Shown: positions 1-8,484 of the stretch, piece by piece
Position numbering within the stretch: the stretch's first letter is position 1
Layout of the letters: each line of letters starts with the position of its first letter
Assembly (NCBI GenBank): GCA_965261975.1
Contig: CBDHEC010000023.1
Span: 1-20,069 of the forward strand
Direction: 5' to 3'
DNA from: Alphaproteobacteria bacterium
GTDB taxonomy: Bacteria; Pseudomonadota; Alphaproteobacteria; UBA6615
Length of the DNA stretch: 20,069 nucleotides
Position numbers and translations under genes: made by a program
The notes under the pieces: generated by a model
Told to the model about the DNA's origin: nothing
The model's input: only the letters and a program-made list of their open reading frames with translations
Databases searched by the model: none

Positions 1-769
1 GCGCGACCGGGGTGCCGACTGGCTGGCGGCGATCCCCGTCTTTGCGAACCGCGATTTCCGCCATTCGATCATCTGGGTCCGCAAGGACAGTCCGCTCGAA
101 TCGGCCGGCCAGCTCGCCGGCAAGCGGGTCGGCGTGCGCGACTACACGATGACCGCTGCGGTCTGGCTGCGCGGCACACTGCTCGACGAGTACGATACGG
201 ACTGGCGCGACATCAATTGGTTCGCCAATGCCGACCAACGCTTCCCGACGGTCGATGGCGTGCCGCTGCAGTTGGTCGATGGTGATCCTGAGGAGATGCC
301 TCCTGGCCGGAGAACTCGATGCATTTATCTCACCGCGTCCACGCGATCTCCAGAAGGCCCCGGCCGATCGGGAACTGCGGACGATCTTCCGCGATGTTCA
401 GGATGTCGAACGCGAGTATTTCAAGCGCACGGGCATCTACCCGATCAACCACACCGTTGTGATGCGCCGCGAACTTCTCGACGACTTCCCCAACGCGCCG
501 GCCGCCATCTTCGCGGCCTATTGCCAGGGCAAGAAAACGCGCGCTCGCGCGCCGGATCGGCGCGACCTTTGTGCCCTGGGGCAAGGAATACTGGACAGAG
601 ACCATGGCGATGTTCGACGGCGACCCCTTCCCCATGGGCCTGACCGATGCCAACCGAAATAATGTGGGCACGCTCCTGCGCTATCTGCACGAGCAGAAGC
701 TGATCTCGGAGCTGCCCGAGATCGAGGACTTGTTTTTTGCCCGGCACCGCCGGTTTCGTAGAAGGTTGA
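1..769 (+). CDS. 4,5-dihydroxyphthalate decarboxylase-like / periplasmic-binding-fold protein; 5' partial, with three apparent +1 frameshifts
   Basis: The frame from base 2 reads ...AIPVFANRDFRHSIIWVRKDSPLESAGQLAGKRVGVRDYTMTAAVWLRGTL.... After +1 near 299-300 it continues LLAGELDAF...EREYFKRTGIYPINHTVVMRRE. After +1 in the A-run 534-537 it continues KRALARRIGATFVPW...GDPFPMGLTDANRNNVGTLLRYLHEQKLI. After +1 in the T-run 733-738 it ends LFLPGTAGFVEG* (TGA 767-769). The PVF..R.FRH, YTMTA.VW.RG, YF.RTGIYPI.H and D.FP.G...NR motifs are typical of this family. Confidence 0.8.
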
Positions 770-777
770 AACCAGGA

Positions 778-2382
778 ATGAGTGAACAGACAAACTTCGA
801 CTATATCGTCGTCGGCGCCGGCAGCGCGGGCGCTGTCGTCGCCAGCCGCCTGACCGAGAACGGAAAGCACAGCGTGCTGTTGCTGGAGGCGGGTCCGGAG
901 GACAGGAACCCCTGGATCCATATCCCGCTCGGCTACGGCAAGCTCTTCACGAACGCGACCTACAATTGGCTCTACTCGACGGAAACCAACGCCGAGCAGG
1001 TGGATCGCCGCATACCTCAACCACGCGGCAAAACCCTCGGCGGCTCAAGCTCAATCAACGGCATGGTCTATATCCGCGGCCACCGCAGCGACTATGACCA
1101 GTGGCGCCAGTTCGGGAACGCCGGCTGGAGCTACGACGATGTTCTACCCTATTTCAAAAAGGCCGAAGACCAGGTGCGCGGTGAGGACGAATTTCACGGA
1201 GTCGGCGGGCCGTTGGCGGTATCGGATGTCTATGAAAAACACCCGCTGGCTAAAGCCTTTATCGAGTCCGCCGTGCAAGCAGGCTTCGAACGCAACGACG
1301 ACTTCAACGGTGCCGAGCAGGAAGGCTTCGGCTACGTACAGTGGACCATGCGCAATGGGCGACGCTGTTCGACCGCGGTGGGCTATCTGAAGCCAGCACG
1401 CAAACGGTCGAACCTCACGGTTGCCACCAACGCCCTTGGCTTGCGCGTGCTGTTCGACGGTCGACGCGCCGTGGGGGTGGAATATGACCAGAACGGCGAG
1501 ACCAAGACCGCCCATGCCAACGGCGAGATCATCGTGTCGGGCGGTGCGATTAATTCTCCGCAACTGCTGCAATTGTCCGGGCTCGGCCCCGCCGCGTTGT
1601 TACGCAACCACGGGATCGAGGTGATCGCCGATATGCCGGGTGTCGGCCAGCATCTACAGGACCATATCAACGGCCCCCTGATGTTCCGGCTGAACCGGAA
1701 CATCAGCGCCAACGACGTGGTGAACAGCATGGCGCAGCGCATTCGTACCGGCATACGCTACGCCTTCACCCGCAAGGGTTTCCTGGCGATGGGCGTGTCC
1801 GTCGGCGGCGGTTTCTACAAGGTGGACCCGGCAGCGGTGGCACCGGAGATCCAGTCCCAGGTCATGCTGTTCAGCTCCCACGATGTCGGCGGCATGCCGC
1901 ATCCCTTCCCTGGCGCGACGGTGGTGAACGCGTTGCTGCGGCCGGAAAGCCGCGGGCATGTGAATATCGTCTCGTCCGACCCCTTCACGAAACCGGAAAT
2001 ACAGCCCAACTATCTGACGGCGCAGAAGGATCGGGATATCCTGATCGGCGGCATGAAGATTGCCCGCAACATCGTCACGCAAGACGCGTTCCAGGAACTC
2101 ATTGCCGAGGAGCATGAACCGGGGCTTGAGTGCAACAGCGATGACGAATGGCTCGATTACCTCCGGCGCCGCGGCCGGACGAGCTATCACCCATCCAGCA
2201 CCTGTCGCATGGGGCCCAACCCCGACGACGTGGTGGATGAGCGACTTCGGGTACACGGCTTCGAGGGCCTTCGCGTGGCCGATGTGTCGATCATGCCGTC
2301 ACTGGTCTCCGGCAACACAAACGCACCCGCAATCATGATCGGCGAGAAGGCCGCCGACATGATCCTGGCGGACGCCAAATAG
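778..2382 (+). CDS. GMC family FAD-dependent oxidoreductase (choline dehydrogenase-like, substrate unknown)
   Basis: MSEQTNFDYIVVGAGSAG (FAD-binding GxGxxG), PRGKTLGGSSSINGMVYIRG, GAINSPQLLQLSG, C-terminal YHPSSTCRMG and GNTNAPAIMIGEKAAD. The true start is ATG 778; the longer 571 ORF is a frameshift artefact. Confidence 0.92.
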   Translation: MSEQTNFDYIVVGAGSAGAVVASRLTENGKHSVLLLEAGPEDRNPWIHIPLGYGKLFTNATYNWLYSTETNAEQVDRRIPQPRGKTLGGSSSINGMVYIRGHRSDYDQWRQFGNAGWSYDDVLPYFKKAEDQVRGEDEFHGVGGPLAVSDVYEKHPLAKAFIESAVQAGFERNDDFNGAEQEGFGYVQWTMRNGRRCSTAVGYLKPARKRSNLTVATNALGLRVLFDGRRAVGVEYDQNGETKTAHANGEIIVSGGAINSPQLLQLSGLGPAALLRNHGIEVIADMPGVGQHLQDHINGPLMFRLNRNISANDVVNSMAQRIRTGIRYAFTRKGFLAMGVSVGGGFYKVDPAAVAPEIQSQVMLFSSHDVGGMPHPFPGATVVNALLRPESRGHVNIVSSDPFTKPEIQPNYLTAQKDRDILIGGMKIARNIVTQDAFQELIAEEHEPGLECNSDDEWLDYLRRRGRTSYHPSSTCRMGPNPDDVVDERLRVHGFEGLRVADVSIMPSLVSGNTNAPAIMIGEKAADMILADAK

Positions 2383-2400
2383 GAAAACAGGAGAAGCCGC

Positions 2401-3219
2401 ATGCTGATTGTCGATTCCCAGGTCCATCTCTGGATCAACACCAAGATGCGCGAGATCCACCGGCAGATTCCGACCTATTCAGCGGAGGACCTGCTCGCCG
2501 AGATGGAGACCGCCGGCGTCGACCGCGTGCTCCTGCACCCGCCGGGTACCGTGCCCAACGGCAATGAGATCGCGATCGCTGCCGCCAATCGCTATCCCGA
2601 CAAGTTCAAGGTCCTCGGCTGGCTCGCCCTCGACCGCAAGGAGGAGAGCGCGGCCAAGCTTGCCGGCTGGACGGACACGCCCGGCATGCTGGGACAGCGC
2701 TACATCTTCATCGTTCCGGGACGCGAAAACTGGATGATCGACGGCACGATGGACCATATGTGGGAGATCGCCAACGAACAGAAGATGCCGGTCGGGCTGC
2801 TCGCCCACGACTTTCTGCCGAAGGTGGGCGAGATCGCTGAAAAATTTCCCGATGTACCTCTTATGATCGATCACCTGGGTTCAAATCTGTTCAAGTCGGG
2901 CGTGGAATCCTTCGAAACGCTGCCCGAACTGATCGCATTGGCGAAGCACCCGAATGTCGCGGTCAAGATGTCCGGCGCCAATGGCAACTCGGCCGACCCC
3001 TACCCCCATGCCGACATACATGAATCCCTGCAGCGTATATTCGAAGCCTTTGGTCCCGACCGCTGCTTCTGGGGCACCGACCTGTCGCGCATGCCGTGCA
3101 GTTACAAGGAATGCGTGACGCTGTTCACCGAGGAACTGCCCTGGCTCAAGGGCCGCGATCTCGAACTCGTGATGGGTGAAGCGTTGTGCAACTGGATCGG
3201 TTGGGAATTACCGTCCTAG
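2401..3219 (+). CDS. Amidohydrolase_2 family protein (lactonase/decarboxylase-like TIM barrel)
   Basis: IVDSQVHLW at the N-terminus, IDHLG, AKHPNVAVKMSG, FGPDRCFWGTD. RBS AGGAG upstream; 18 bp after the GMC stop. Confidence 0.88.
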   Translation: MLIVDSQVHLWINTKMREIHRQIPTYSAEDLLAEMETAGVDRVLLHPPGTVPNGNEIAIAAANRYPDKFKVLGWLALDRKEESAAKLAGWTDTPGMLGQRYIFIVPGRENWMIDGTMDHMWEIANEQKMPVGLLAHDFLPKVGEIAEKFPDVPLMIDHLGSNLFKSGVESFETLPELIALAKHPNVAVKMSGANGNSADPYPHADIHESLQRIFEAFGPDRCFWGTDLSRMPCSYKECVTLFTEELPWLKGRDLELVMGEALCNWIGWELPS

Positions 3220-3359
3220 ACGGAATTACTTCCCCGGCTCGAGCCAGAGAGCACGCCTGCAAAGCTGCATCCGGTGCGCGGATTTCCATGCACCAGCGCC
3301 GGGTCTTCTGGTTGGTTGCCTGTCGTTCGCCGACCGATACATCTGCCGGAGCAAAATAT

Positions 3360-3971
3360 ATGTCGAGGATCACAACCGTCGAAGAACTCGAAGCGCTGTA
3401 CGGTACGCCCGTACCGACATCCCTGGCCAAGGAAGTCGACCGGATCACGCCCCACTATCGTGCCCTGATCGAAGCCTCGCCGTTTGTCGCATTGGCAACG
3501 GCCGGACCCGAGGGGCTCGACTGCTCTCCGCGCGGCGACATGGCCGGTTTTGTGCGCATTCACGACGACAAGACGGTGATGATCCCCGACCGTCGTGGCA
3601 ACAACCGTGTCGATTCACTGCGCAACATCGTGCGCGATCCCCGGGTCGGGCTTCTGTTTCTGCTGCCGGGCAGCGGCAGCACCCTGCGCATCAACGGCAA
3701 GGCCCATCTCTCGATCAACCCCGAACTGCTCGAATCTTTCGCCGTCGACGGCAAGGCCCCGCGTTCGGTCGTCGTGATCGAGGTCGAGACGATCTACTTC
3801 CAATGTGCACGCGCGATCATCCGCGCCGAGCTGTGGAACCCGGAACGCTACATCGATCCCGGCGATCTGCCCACGCCGGGGCAGATTCTCGCGGACCTCA
3901 GCGACAACGAGCTGGGTGGCGACGAGTACGACAATAGTTGGAAAACCAAAGCTGCAGAATCAATGTGGTAA
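3360..3971 (+). CDS. Pyridoxamine 5'-phosphate oxidase-related FMN-binding protein (MSMEG_1061-like)
   Basis: MSRITTVEELEALYG, DCSPRGD..GFV, IPDRRGNNRVDSLRNIVRDPRVGLLFL, IYFQCARAIIRAELW. GGAG precedes ATG 3360, so the upstream extension in the ORF track is unlikely. Confidence 0.9.
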   Translation: MSRITTVEELEALYGTPVPTSLAKEVDRITPHYRALIEASPFVALATAGPEGLDCSPRGDMAGFVRIHDDKTVMIPDRRGNNRVDSLRNIVRDPRVGLLFLLPGSGSTLRINGKAHLSINPELLESFAVDGKAPRSVVVIEVETIYFQCARAIIRAELWNPERYIDPGDLPTPGQILADLSDNELGGDEYDNSWKTKAAESMW

Positions 3972-4020
3972 TCCGCTACATTCACCCACACATACAATAT
4001 TCCGCACGGTAGCGATGATC

Positions 4021-4179
4021 ATGGACGTCATCAGAATTATTATTTCAATCTTCATTCCGCCGCTGGGAGCCTTCCTCAAGGTCGGCATCACCGGCCAATT
4101 CTGGCTCAACTTGCTGCTGACGATACTGTTTTTCGTTCCGGGCATCATTCACGCCATCTGGCTAAACGTTCGAAATTAG
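4021..4179 (+). CDS. yqaE: YqaE/Pmp3 (UPF0057) family small membrane protein
   Basis: 52 aa: MDVIRIIISIFIPPLGAFLKVGITGQFWLNLLLTILFFVPGIIHAIW, with the PPLG and PGIIHA signatures. Alternative start at 4015. Confidence 0.88.
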   Translation: MDVIRIIISIFIPPLGAFLKVGITGQFWLNLLLTILFFVPGIIHAIWLNVRN

Positions 4180-4191
4180 CCCCTGTCCGGG

Positions 4192-4758
4192 CTAACCGCC
4201 CGCTGGTTCAGACTTCCATTGCTGCCGGTTTGCAGCAGCGGCAGAACATTCCGCCAATCCAACCGAACGGGCGACATGGCGTGACGGCAGACGCCGGCCG
4301 CCCGGCGTGAGTTCGGACGCCTCGGAGCCGATCGTCAGGCAAAGGCTGTCATCCGCTATCGGCATGAGACGTTTGTCGACAAATCGCCATTGCTGGTTCA
4401 GTGATCCATCACAGCGCACCAGCCCTACGGCAGCTCCAGGACGCATCTCTCGGCCAACCACGCACCGGTCGTATGCCGGCATGCGAAGCACCCCACGATC
4501 GAGCTCAGTCTTGCTGAAGCGTTCATCAAGGTTCCAGATGTCCCGCTTGCATGTGTGCACCACAAGCGCCCGCGTGACATCCACCCGATCGCGGTGGCCG
4601 GGAATATCGAGGCACAAGCCACGCGGCTCATCGAGCGGTGCCTGGGCGAGAACAAACACTTCCCCGACTTCCGACTTGTCCTGAGCGGCTGAGGGCGTGG
4701 AATAGATCGCAAGCAGGACCGACATCGCGGCGCATGCTGCATATCTATTCCAAGACAA
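4192..4758 (-). CDS. Secreted ricin-type beta-trefoil lectin-domain protein
   Basis: Probable TTG start at 4758 with GGAG 7 nt upstream (alternative ATG 4725). Signal-peptide-like SWNRYAACAAMSVLLAIYSTPSAA. Three Cys-paired subdomains: GLCLDI..HTC, DRCVV..VRCDGSLNQQW, LCLTI..AEC..NRQQW (QxW repeats). Confidence 0.75.
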   Translation of the reverse strand: MSWNRYAACAAMSVLLAIYSTPSAAQDKSEVGEVFVLAQAPLDEPRGLCLDIPGHRDRVDVTRALVVHTCKRDIWNLDERFSKTELDRGVLRMPAYDRCVVGREMRPGAAVGLVRCDGSLNQQWRFVDKRLMPIADDSLCLTIGSEASELTPGGRRLPSRHVARSVGLAECSAAAANRQQWKSEPAGG

Positions 4759-5779
4759 TCTTACGCTCCGTCTCGATTTGGAAATCGCCATCCGGCCCTT
4801 GCCCCTGTAACGAGAAATGCACCCGATATGTCCCCGCCATCCATGCGGCGGATTTTCGCCGCGGGCCGGTGAACGTAAATAGACGCGCACGGTCCTGATC
4901 CAGTGTCCGCCGGTTCTCGAACAGGCGTTGTCCGCCCGGGCCTGTGATGCGCATATCCAGCGTGGTGCCGGAAACGACCCCGAGCAGGACAATATAGCCC
5001 ACCAGCGCATCCGCGGTGACGGGCCCGGTGTCGGGATAGCCGTCGAACAGGACCCGTTCGCGGTCGGGAACGACAGTGGTAAGCCCGGCCCGGTAGATCG
5101 TTGACGGCGAGTAATCCGAAATTTCCCGGCGCTCGGCGCCATGCCACAACGCCTGGTCGGTCATCGCCGTTGCATCGCATTGTGCAGCCGATGCGGGCGC
5201 CTCTCCGTTGAAGGGGTCAACCGGCGTGCCGTTTCTCTCGACCTGGAAATGCAGATGGCGGAGTTCCGATCTGCCGGAGCTGCCGACCCATCCCAGTATT
5301 TGCCCTGCGGTAACCTTTGCGCCCCGCTGAACGGACACGCTGCCGCGCTCCAGGTGGCAATACTGGCTCGTCCAGCCGTTGCCGTGGTCCAGGCGGACGC
5401 CGTTGCCGCATTGCGCCGCCATACGCGTCTCATCGCGGGCCCGCATGACGGTGTCGTCCATCCCGTCGCGCACCCCGAGAACCACCCCGTCCGCCGCCGC
5501 AATAACCGCAATCGGCGCCGCGGGGTCGATGGGGGCGATATCCGTTCCCTTATGGGCGTCGTAAGTGCGCAAGCCGCACATACGGTCGCGATAGCCGTCC
5601 GTCGGATCATGGTCCATATAGGCGAAAAACCAGCAGTCGCGACCGATTTCGCACCCGGCCGGAAACTCGAAACGGGGTGTCGCACCGTCGCCGCTCTGCG
5701 CCTGAGCATGCGCTGGACTGTCCGCACCGAACAAGGCGAAGGGCAAGGCAATCAGAAGCGAGCGAAACAGAAATTTCAT
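4745..5779 (-). CDS. M23 family zinc metallopeptidase, secreted
   Basis: Signal peptide MKFLFRSLLIALPFALFGADSPAHA, HKGTD (HxxxD), CGNGVRLDHGNGWTSQYCHL, GQILGWVGSSG, HLHFQV (HxH), PVDP. Confidence 0.9.
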   Translation of the reverse strand: MKFLFRSLLIALPFALFGADSPAHAQAQSGDGATPRFEFPAGCEIGRDCWFFAYMDHDPTDGYRDRMCGLRTYDAHKGTDIAPIDPAAPIAVIAAADGVVLGVRDGMDDTVMRARDETRMAAQCGNGVRLDHGNGWTSQYCHLERGSVSVQRGAKVTAGQILGWVGSSGRSELRHLHFQVERNGTPVDPFNGEAPASAAQCDATAMTDQALWHGAERREISDYSPSTIYRAGLTTVVPDRERVLFDGYPDTGPVTADALVGYIVLLGVVSGTTLDMRITGPGGQRLFENRRTLDQDRARLFTFTGPRRKSAAWMAGTYRVHFSLQGQGPDGDFQIETERKIVLE

Positions 5780-5913
5780 CGGCGACCCTTGAATTGGACG
5801 GCGCCATTTTTGCGCGGATGCAACGCGCCGGTAAATCACTATTGCGCGGATTGGACCCGGCCGAGGCCGACCGTTAATCTCACGGCGTCGATTGCGTACC
5901 TCAGAGGACAATC

Positions 5914-6633
5914 ATGACCGACCGATTTGGCCCCCGTGGGGTCTTCGCCATTCTGATCCCACAGCAGAATTCAACCCAGCAACCCGAATACGACGCCATG
6001 CGCGTCGACGGGGTTTCGCATCAGATCTACAGGTTCGAGCTTGAAAGCCAGGCCGACGTGGCGGGCGCCATCCTCGATTCAATCCCCGGGTCTCACGGTT
6101 GCTGGCCGGATTTGATCATCGGTGGCAACTCGCTGGAGATGCGGACATGGTCGATTGCCCGCCAGGCACGTTACCGCGATGAATTCCGCGAACGTGCCGG
6201 CGACGTGCCCTTCATCACCGCCACAGACGCGATGGAGGCCGCTCTGCGCAAGCTCGATGCCAAGCGCATCGCGATCTGGGTGCCGCTCTATGAGGAAACC
6301 CTGAGAAGCACCGTAGGCTACTATGAAGAGATTGGCTTCGAGGTGCCGCGCTCAGGTTGTCTCGGGGTCGAACATCCTGTCCATTCGATCAACATCGAGA
6401 TGTCGGATGTGGAATCGGCATTCGAGAAACTCGATGGCGACGATATCGACGTCCTGGTGCATATCGGCGCCTCGATCGGCATCGGCCACATGGTCGAGCA
6501 TATGGAAGCGAAGTTCGGCAAGCCCTTCCTGTCGGTGAACCAGACGACCTACTGGTACGCGTTGCGCACCCATGGCATCACCGACCCGATAGAGGGCTAC
6601 GGTCGCTTACCGCGCGAAGACTCCATTACCTGA
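5914..6633 (+). CDS. Asp/Glu racemase / maleate isomerase / arylmalonate decarboxylase-fold protein, paralog 1 (canonical Cys absent)
   Basis: IP..N...QPEY, A..AAL..L.AKRIA...P, YYE..GFEV, E...GKP.LS.N..TYWYALR..GI..PIEGYGRL. RBS GAGGA upstream. Confidence 0.82.
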   Translation: MTDRFGPRGVFAILIPQQNSTQQPEYDAMRVDGVSHQIYRFELESQADVAGAILDSIPGSHGCWPDLIIGGNSLEMRTWSIARQARYRDEFRERAGDVPFITATDAMEAALRKLDAKRIAIWVPLYEETLRSTVGYYEEIGFEVPRSGCLGVEHPVHSINIEMSDVESAFEKLDGDDIDVLVHIGASIGIGHMVEHMEAKFGKPFLSVNQTTYWYALRTHGITDPIEGYGRLPREDSIT

Positions 6634-6646
6634 GCCCGGAAGCCGG

Positions 6647-7951
6647 TCAGCCAAACATCGTGTTCGGCAAGATCAGCGCGATTTCCGGGAACAGCACCAG
6701 GATCACCACCCCGAGCAGCATCGCGAACCAGAACGGCCAAATACCGCGGAAGATCGTGTTCAACGGCACCCCGTCCGCGATGCCTTTCACGACGAACACG
6801 TTGACCCCCACGGGCGGCGAGATCAGTCCCATTTCCAGGCAGATCACCATCATCACACCGAACCAGATCATGTTGATTCCGAGCGGTTCGATGATCGGTT
6901 GAATCAGCGGCACCGTCAGCACCAGGATCGCGAAACCCTCGAGGAACGTGCCGAGCAGGATGAACATGATCAGGAAGGCGATCACGATCTCCATCCCGGA
7001 GAAACCCTGCTCACCGACCCAGGTCGACAGTGCGAAGGTGATGCCGGTGAAACCGACGAATGTCTTGAACACGAACGCACCGAACAGAATCATGAACAAA
7101 GTGCCCGACGCGCGCAGGGTCGAATTGAACACTTCGCGCATATTCGGCCAGCTCACGGCCTTACGAATGACCGTCACGACGAAGGCCAGTGCCGCACCGA
7201 TGCCCGCAGCCTCGATGGCCGAGAACACGCCGGTATAGATGCCGCCGATCGTCAGCACGACGATGCTGATGATCCAGCCGGCCCCGGCCAGGGCGCGCAC
7301 TCGCTCCCCCATCGGGACCGGTTCGGCAGCATGAGGTGCCTTACCCGGATCGCGCTTCACGACAATCCAGATGGCGATCACGAACAGCAAAGTCAGCATG
7401 ATTCCCGGGAATACACCCGCGAGGAACAACCGTCCGATGCTTTCCTCGGTCAGGATGGCGTAGATCACAAAGCCGGCAGACGGCGGTATCAAGATGCCCA
7501 GCGTACCACCCGCGGCAATCGCGCCTGTCGCCAGCCCATTGTCATAATTGTAGCGCTGCATTTCGGGCAGCGAGACGCGTCCCATCGTCAACGCAGCCGC
7601 CAGCGAGGAACCTGACAGGGCAGAGAAGCCCGCACAGCCGACAACGGTCGCCGACGCAAGGCCACCTTTCATATGCCCGAGCCAGGCATTGGCTGCTCGG
7701 TAGAGATCCCGGCTCATTCCCGAGACACCGGCAAGGTTTCCCATGAGGACGAACAGCGGAATGATGATCAGCGGGAAGTTCGCCGCCTCGGCAAAAATCT
7801 CGCCCGCCAGCGTGGGAATGGCCGCAACAGGACGGATCAGGTAGATGCCCACCGTCCCGATCAGCATCATCGTCAGCCCGACCGGCATCCGAATGAAAAG
7901 CAGAATGAATAGCGCGACAAACCCGAGTATCGCGACGGTCTCGCTCTCCAT
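6647..7951 (-). CDS. dctM: TRAP transporter large permease DctM
   Basis: Highly hydrophobic 434 aa with IPLFVLMG, GFSALSGSS, GAIAAGGTLGILIPPS, ESIGRLFLAG and GLISPPVGVNVFV. Confidence 0.95.
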   Translation of the reverse strand: MESETVAILGFVALFILLFIRMPVGLTMMLIGTVGIYLIRPVAAIPTLAGEIFAEAANFPLIIIPLFVLMGNLAGVSGMSRDLYRAANAWLGHMKGGLASATVVGCAGFSALSGSSLAAALTMGRVSLPEMQRYNYDNGLATGAIAAGGTLGILIPPSAGFVIYAILTEESIGRLFLAGVFPGIMLTLLFVIAIWIVVKRDPGKAPHAAEPVPMGERVRALAGAGWIISIVVLTIGGIYTGVFSAIEAAGIGAALAFVVTVIRKAVSWPNMREVFNSTLRASGTLFMILFGAFVFKTFVGFTGITFALSTWVGEQGFSGMEIVIAFLIMFILLGTFLEGFAILVLTVPLIQPIIEPLGINMIWFGVMMVICLEMGLISPPVGVNVFVVKGIADGVPLNTIFRGIWPFWFAMLLGVVILVLFPEIALILPNTMFG

Positions 7952-8481
7952 CAGTCAACGGCCTCGTTCGGGTCTTCGCCGTTCCAATGGACGAAACCGG
8001 TGAGCAACATGACCAGCAGATGCAAGGCATAGAAACAAAGCGCGACACCCAGGAAATAATAGAACCAGGTGTGTTCGATGCTGAGATTCTCGGTGATGCA
8101 CGCCTCTTCGAACCCGCAGGCCTTTGTCCAGAGTGCATAGGCCGCAAGGCCGGTGATCCCGAGCGCCATCAGCCGCATCACCGCATCGGTGTAGCGGGTG
8201 GCTGAGCGCCCGAAAAACTTGGTGATGATGTCGACCGAGACATGGGAGTTGTTTCGGGCGCCATAGGCCACCGCACAGCCCGCCACCACGGCGAGCACCA
8301 TCACCGAAATGTCGTCGATCCCGAAAATCGGATCGTTCAGCGCATAACGCCAGAATACGGCCACCAGAATGTTGACCATCAACACGCACACACCGATGGC
8401 CCCCAGGATGGCGAACAACCCGGCCACGCGGCCGAGTTGTTCGTCAGCCCATTGGAGAGCCCTGGACCGGGGTTCAGGCAC
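7951..8481 (-). CDS. dctQ: TRAP transporter small permease DctQ
   Basis: Four TM segments, VFWRYALNDPIFG, HVSVDI. GTG start; the stop overlaps the dctM start (TGATG). Confidence 0.9.
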   Translation of the reverse strand: MPEPRSRALQWADEQLGRVAGLFAILGAIGVCVLMVNILVAVFWRYALNDPIFGIDDISVMVLAVVAGCAVAYGARNNSHVSVDIITKFFGRSATRYTDAVMRLMALGITGLAAYALWTKACGFEEACITENLSIEHTWFYYFLGVALCFYALHLLVMLLTGFVHWNGEDPNEAVD

Positions 8482-8484
8482 CTA

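Noticed and set aside
571-2382. 603-aa ORF suggesting a decarboxylase-GMC fusion
   Set aside because: The first 69 aa are the frameshifted tail of the upstream gene. Removing one T at 733-738 restores its stop at 767-769, and the GMC begins at ATG 778.
778-3971. Vitamin B6 degradation or betA choline oxidation cluster
   Set aside because: The GMC and PPOX-like families are broad; no betB/betI or recognisable pyridoxal pathway genes are in the window.
3805-4020. Extension of the Pmp3 ORF to 124 aa
   Set aside because: It overlaps the PPOX gene, and the Pmp3 family is about 52 aa.
4759-5142. Long N-terminal extension of the ricin-domain ORF (316 aa in the track)
   Set aside because: It lies within the M23 gene in another frame; the signal peptide and RBS point to a start near 4758.
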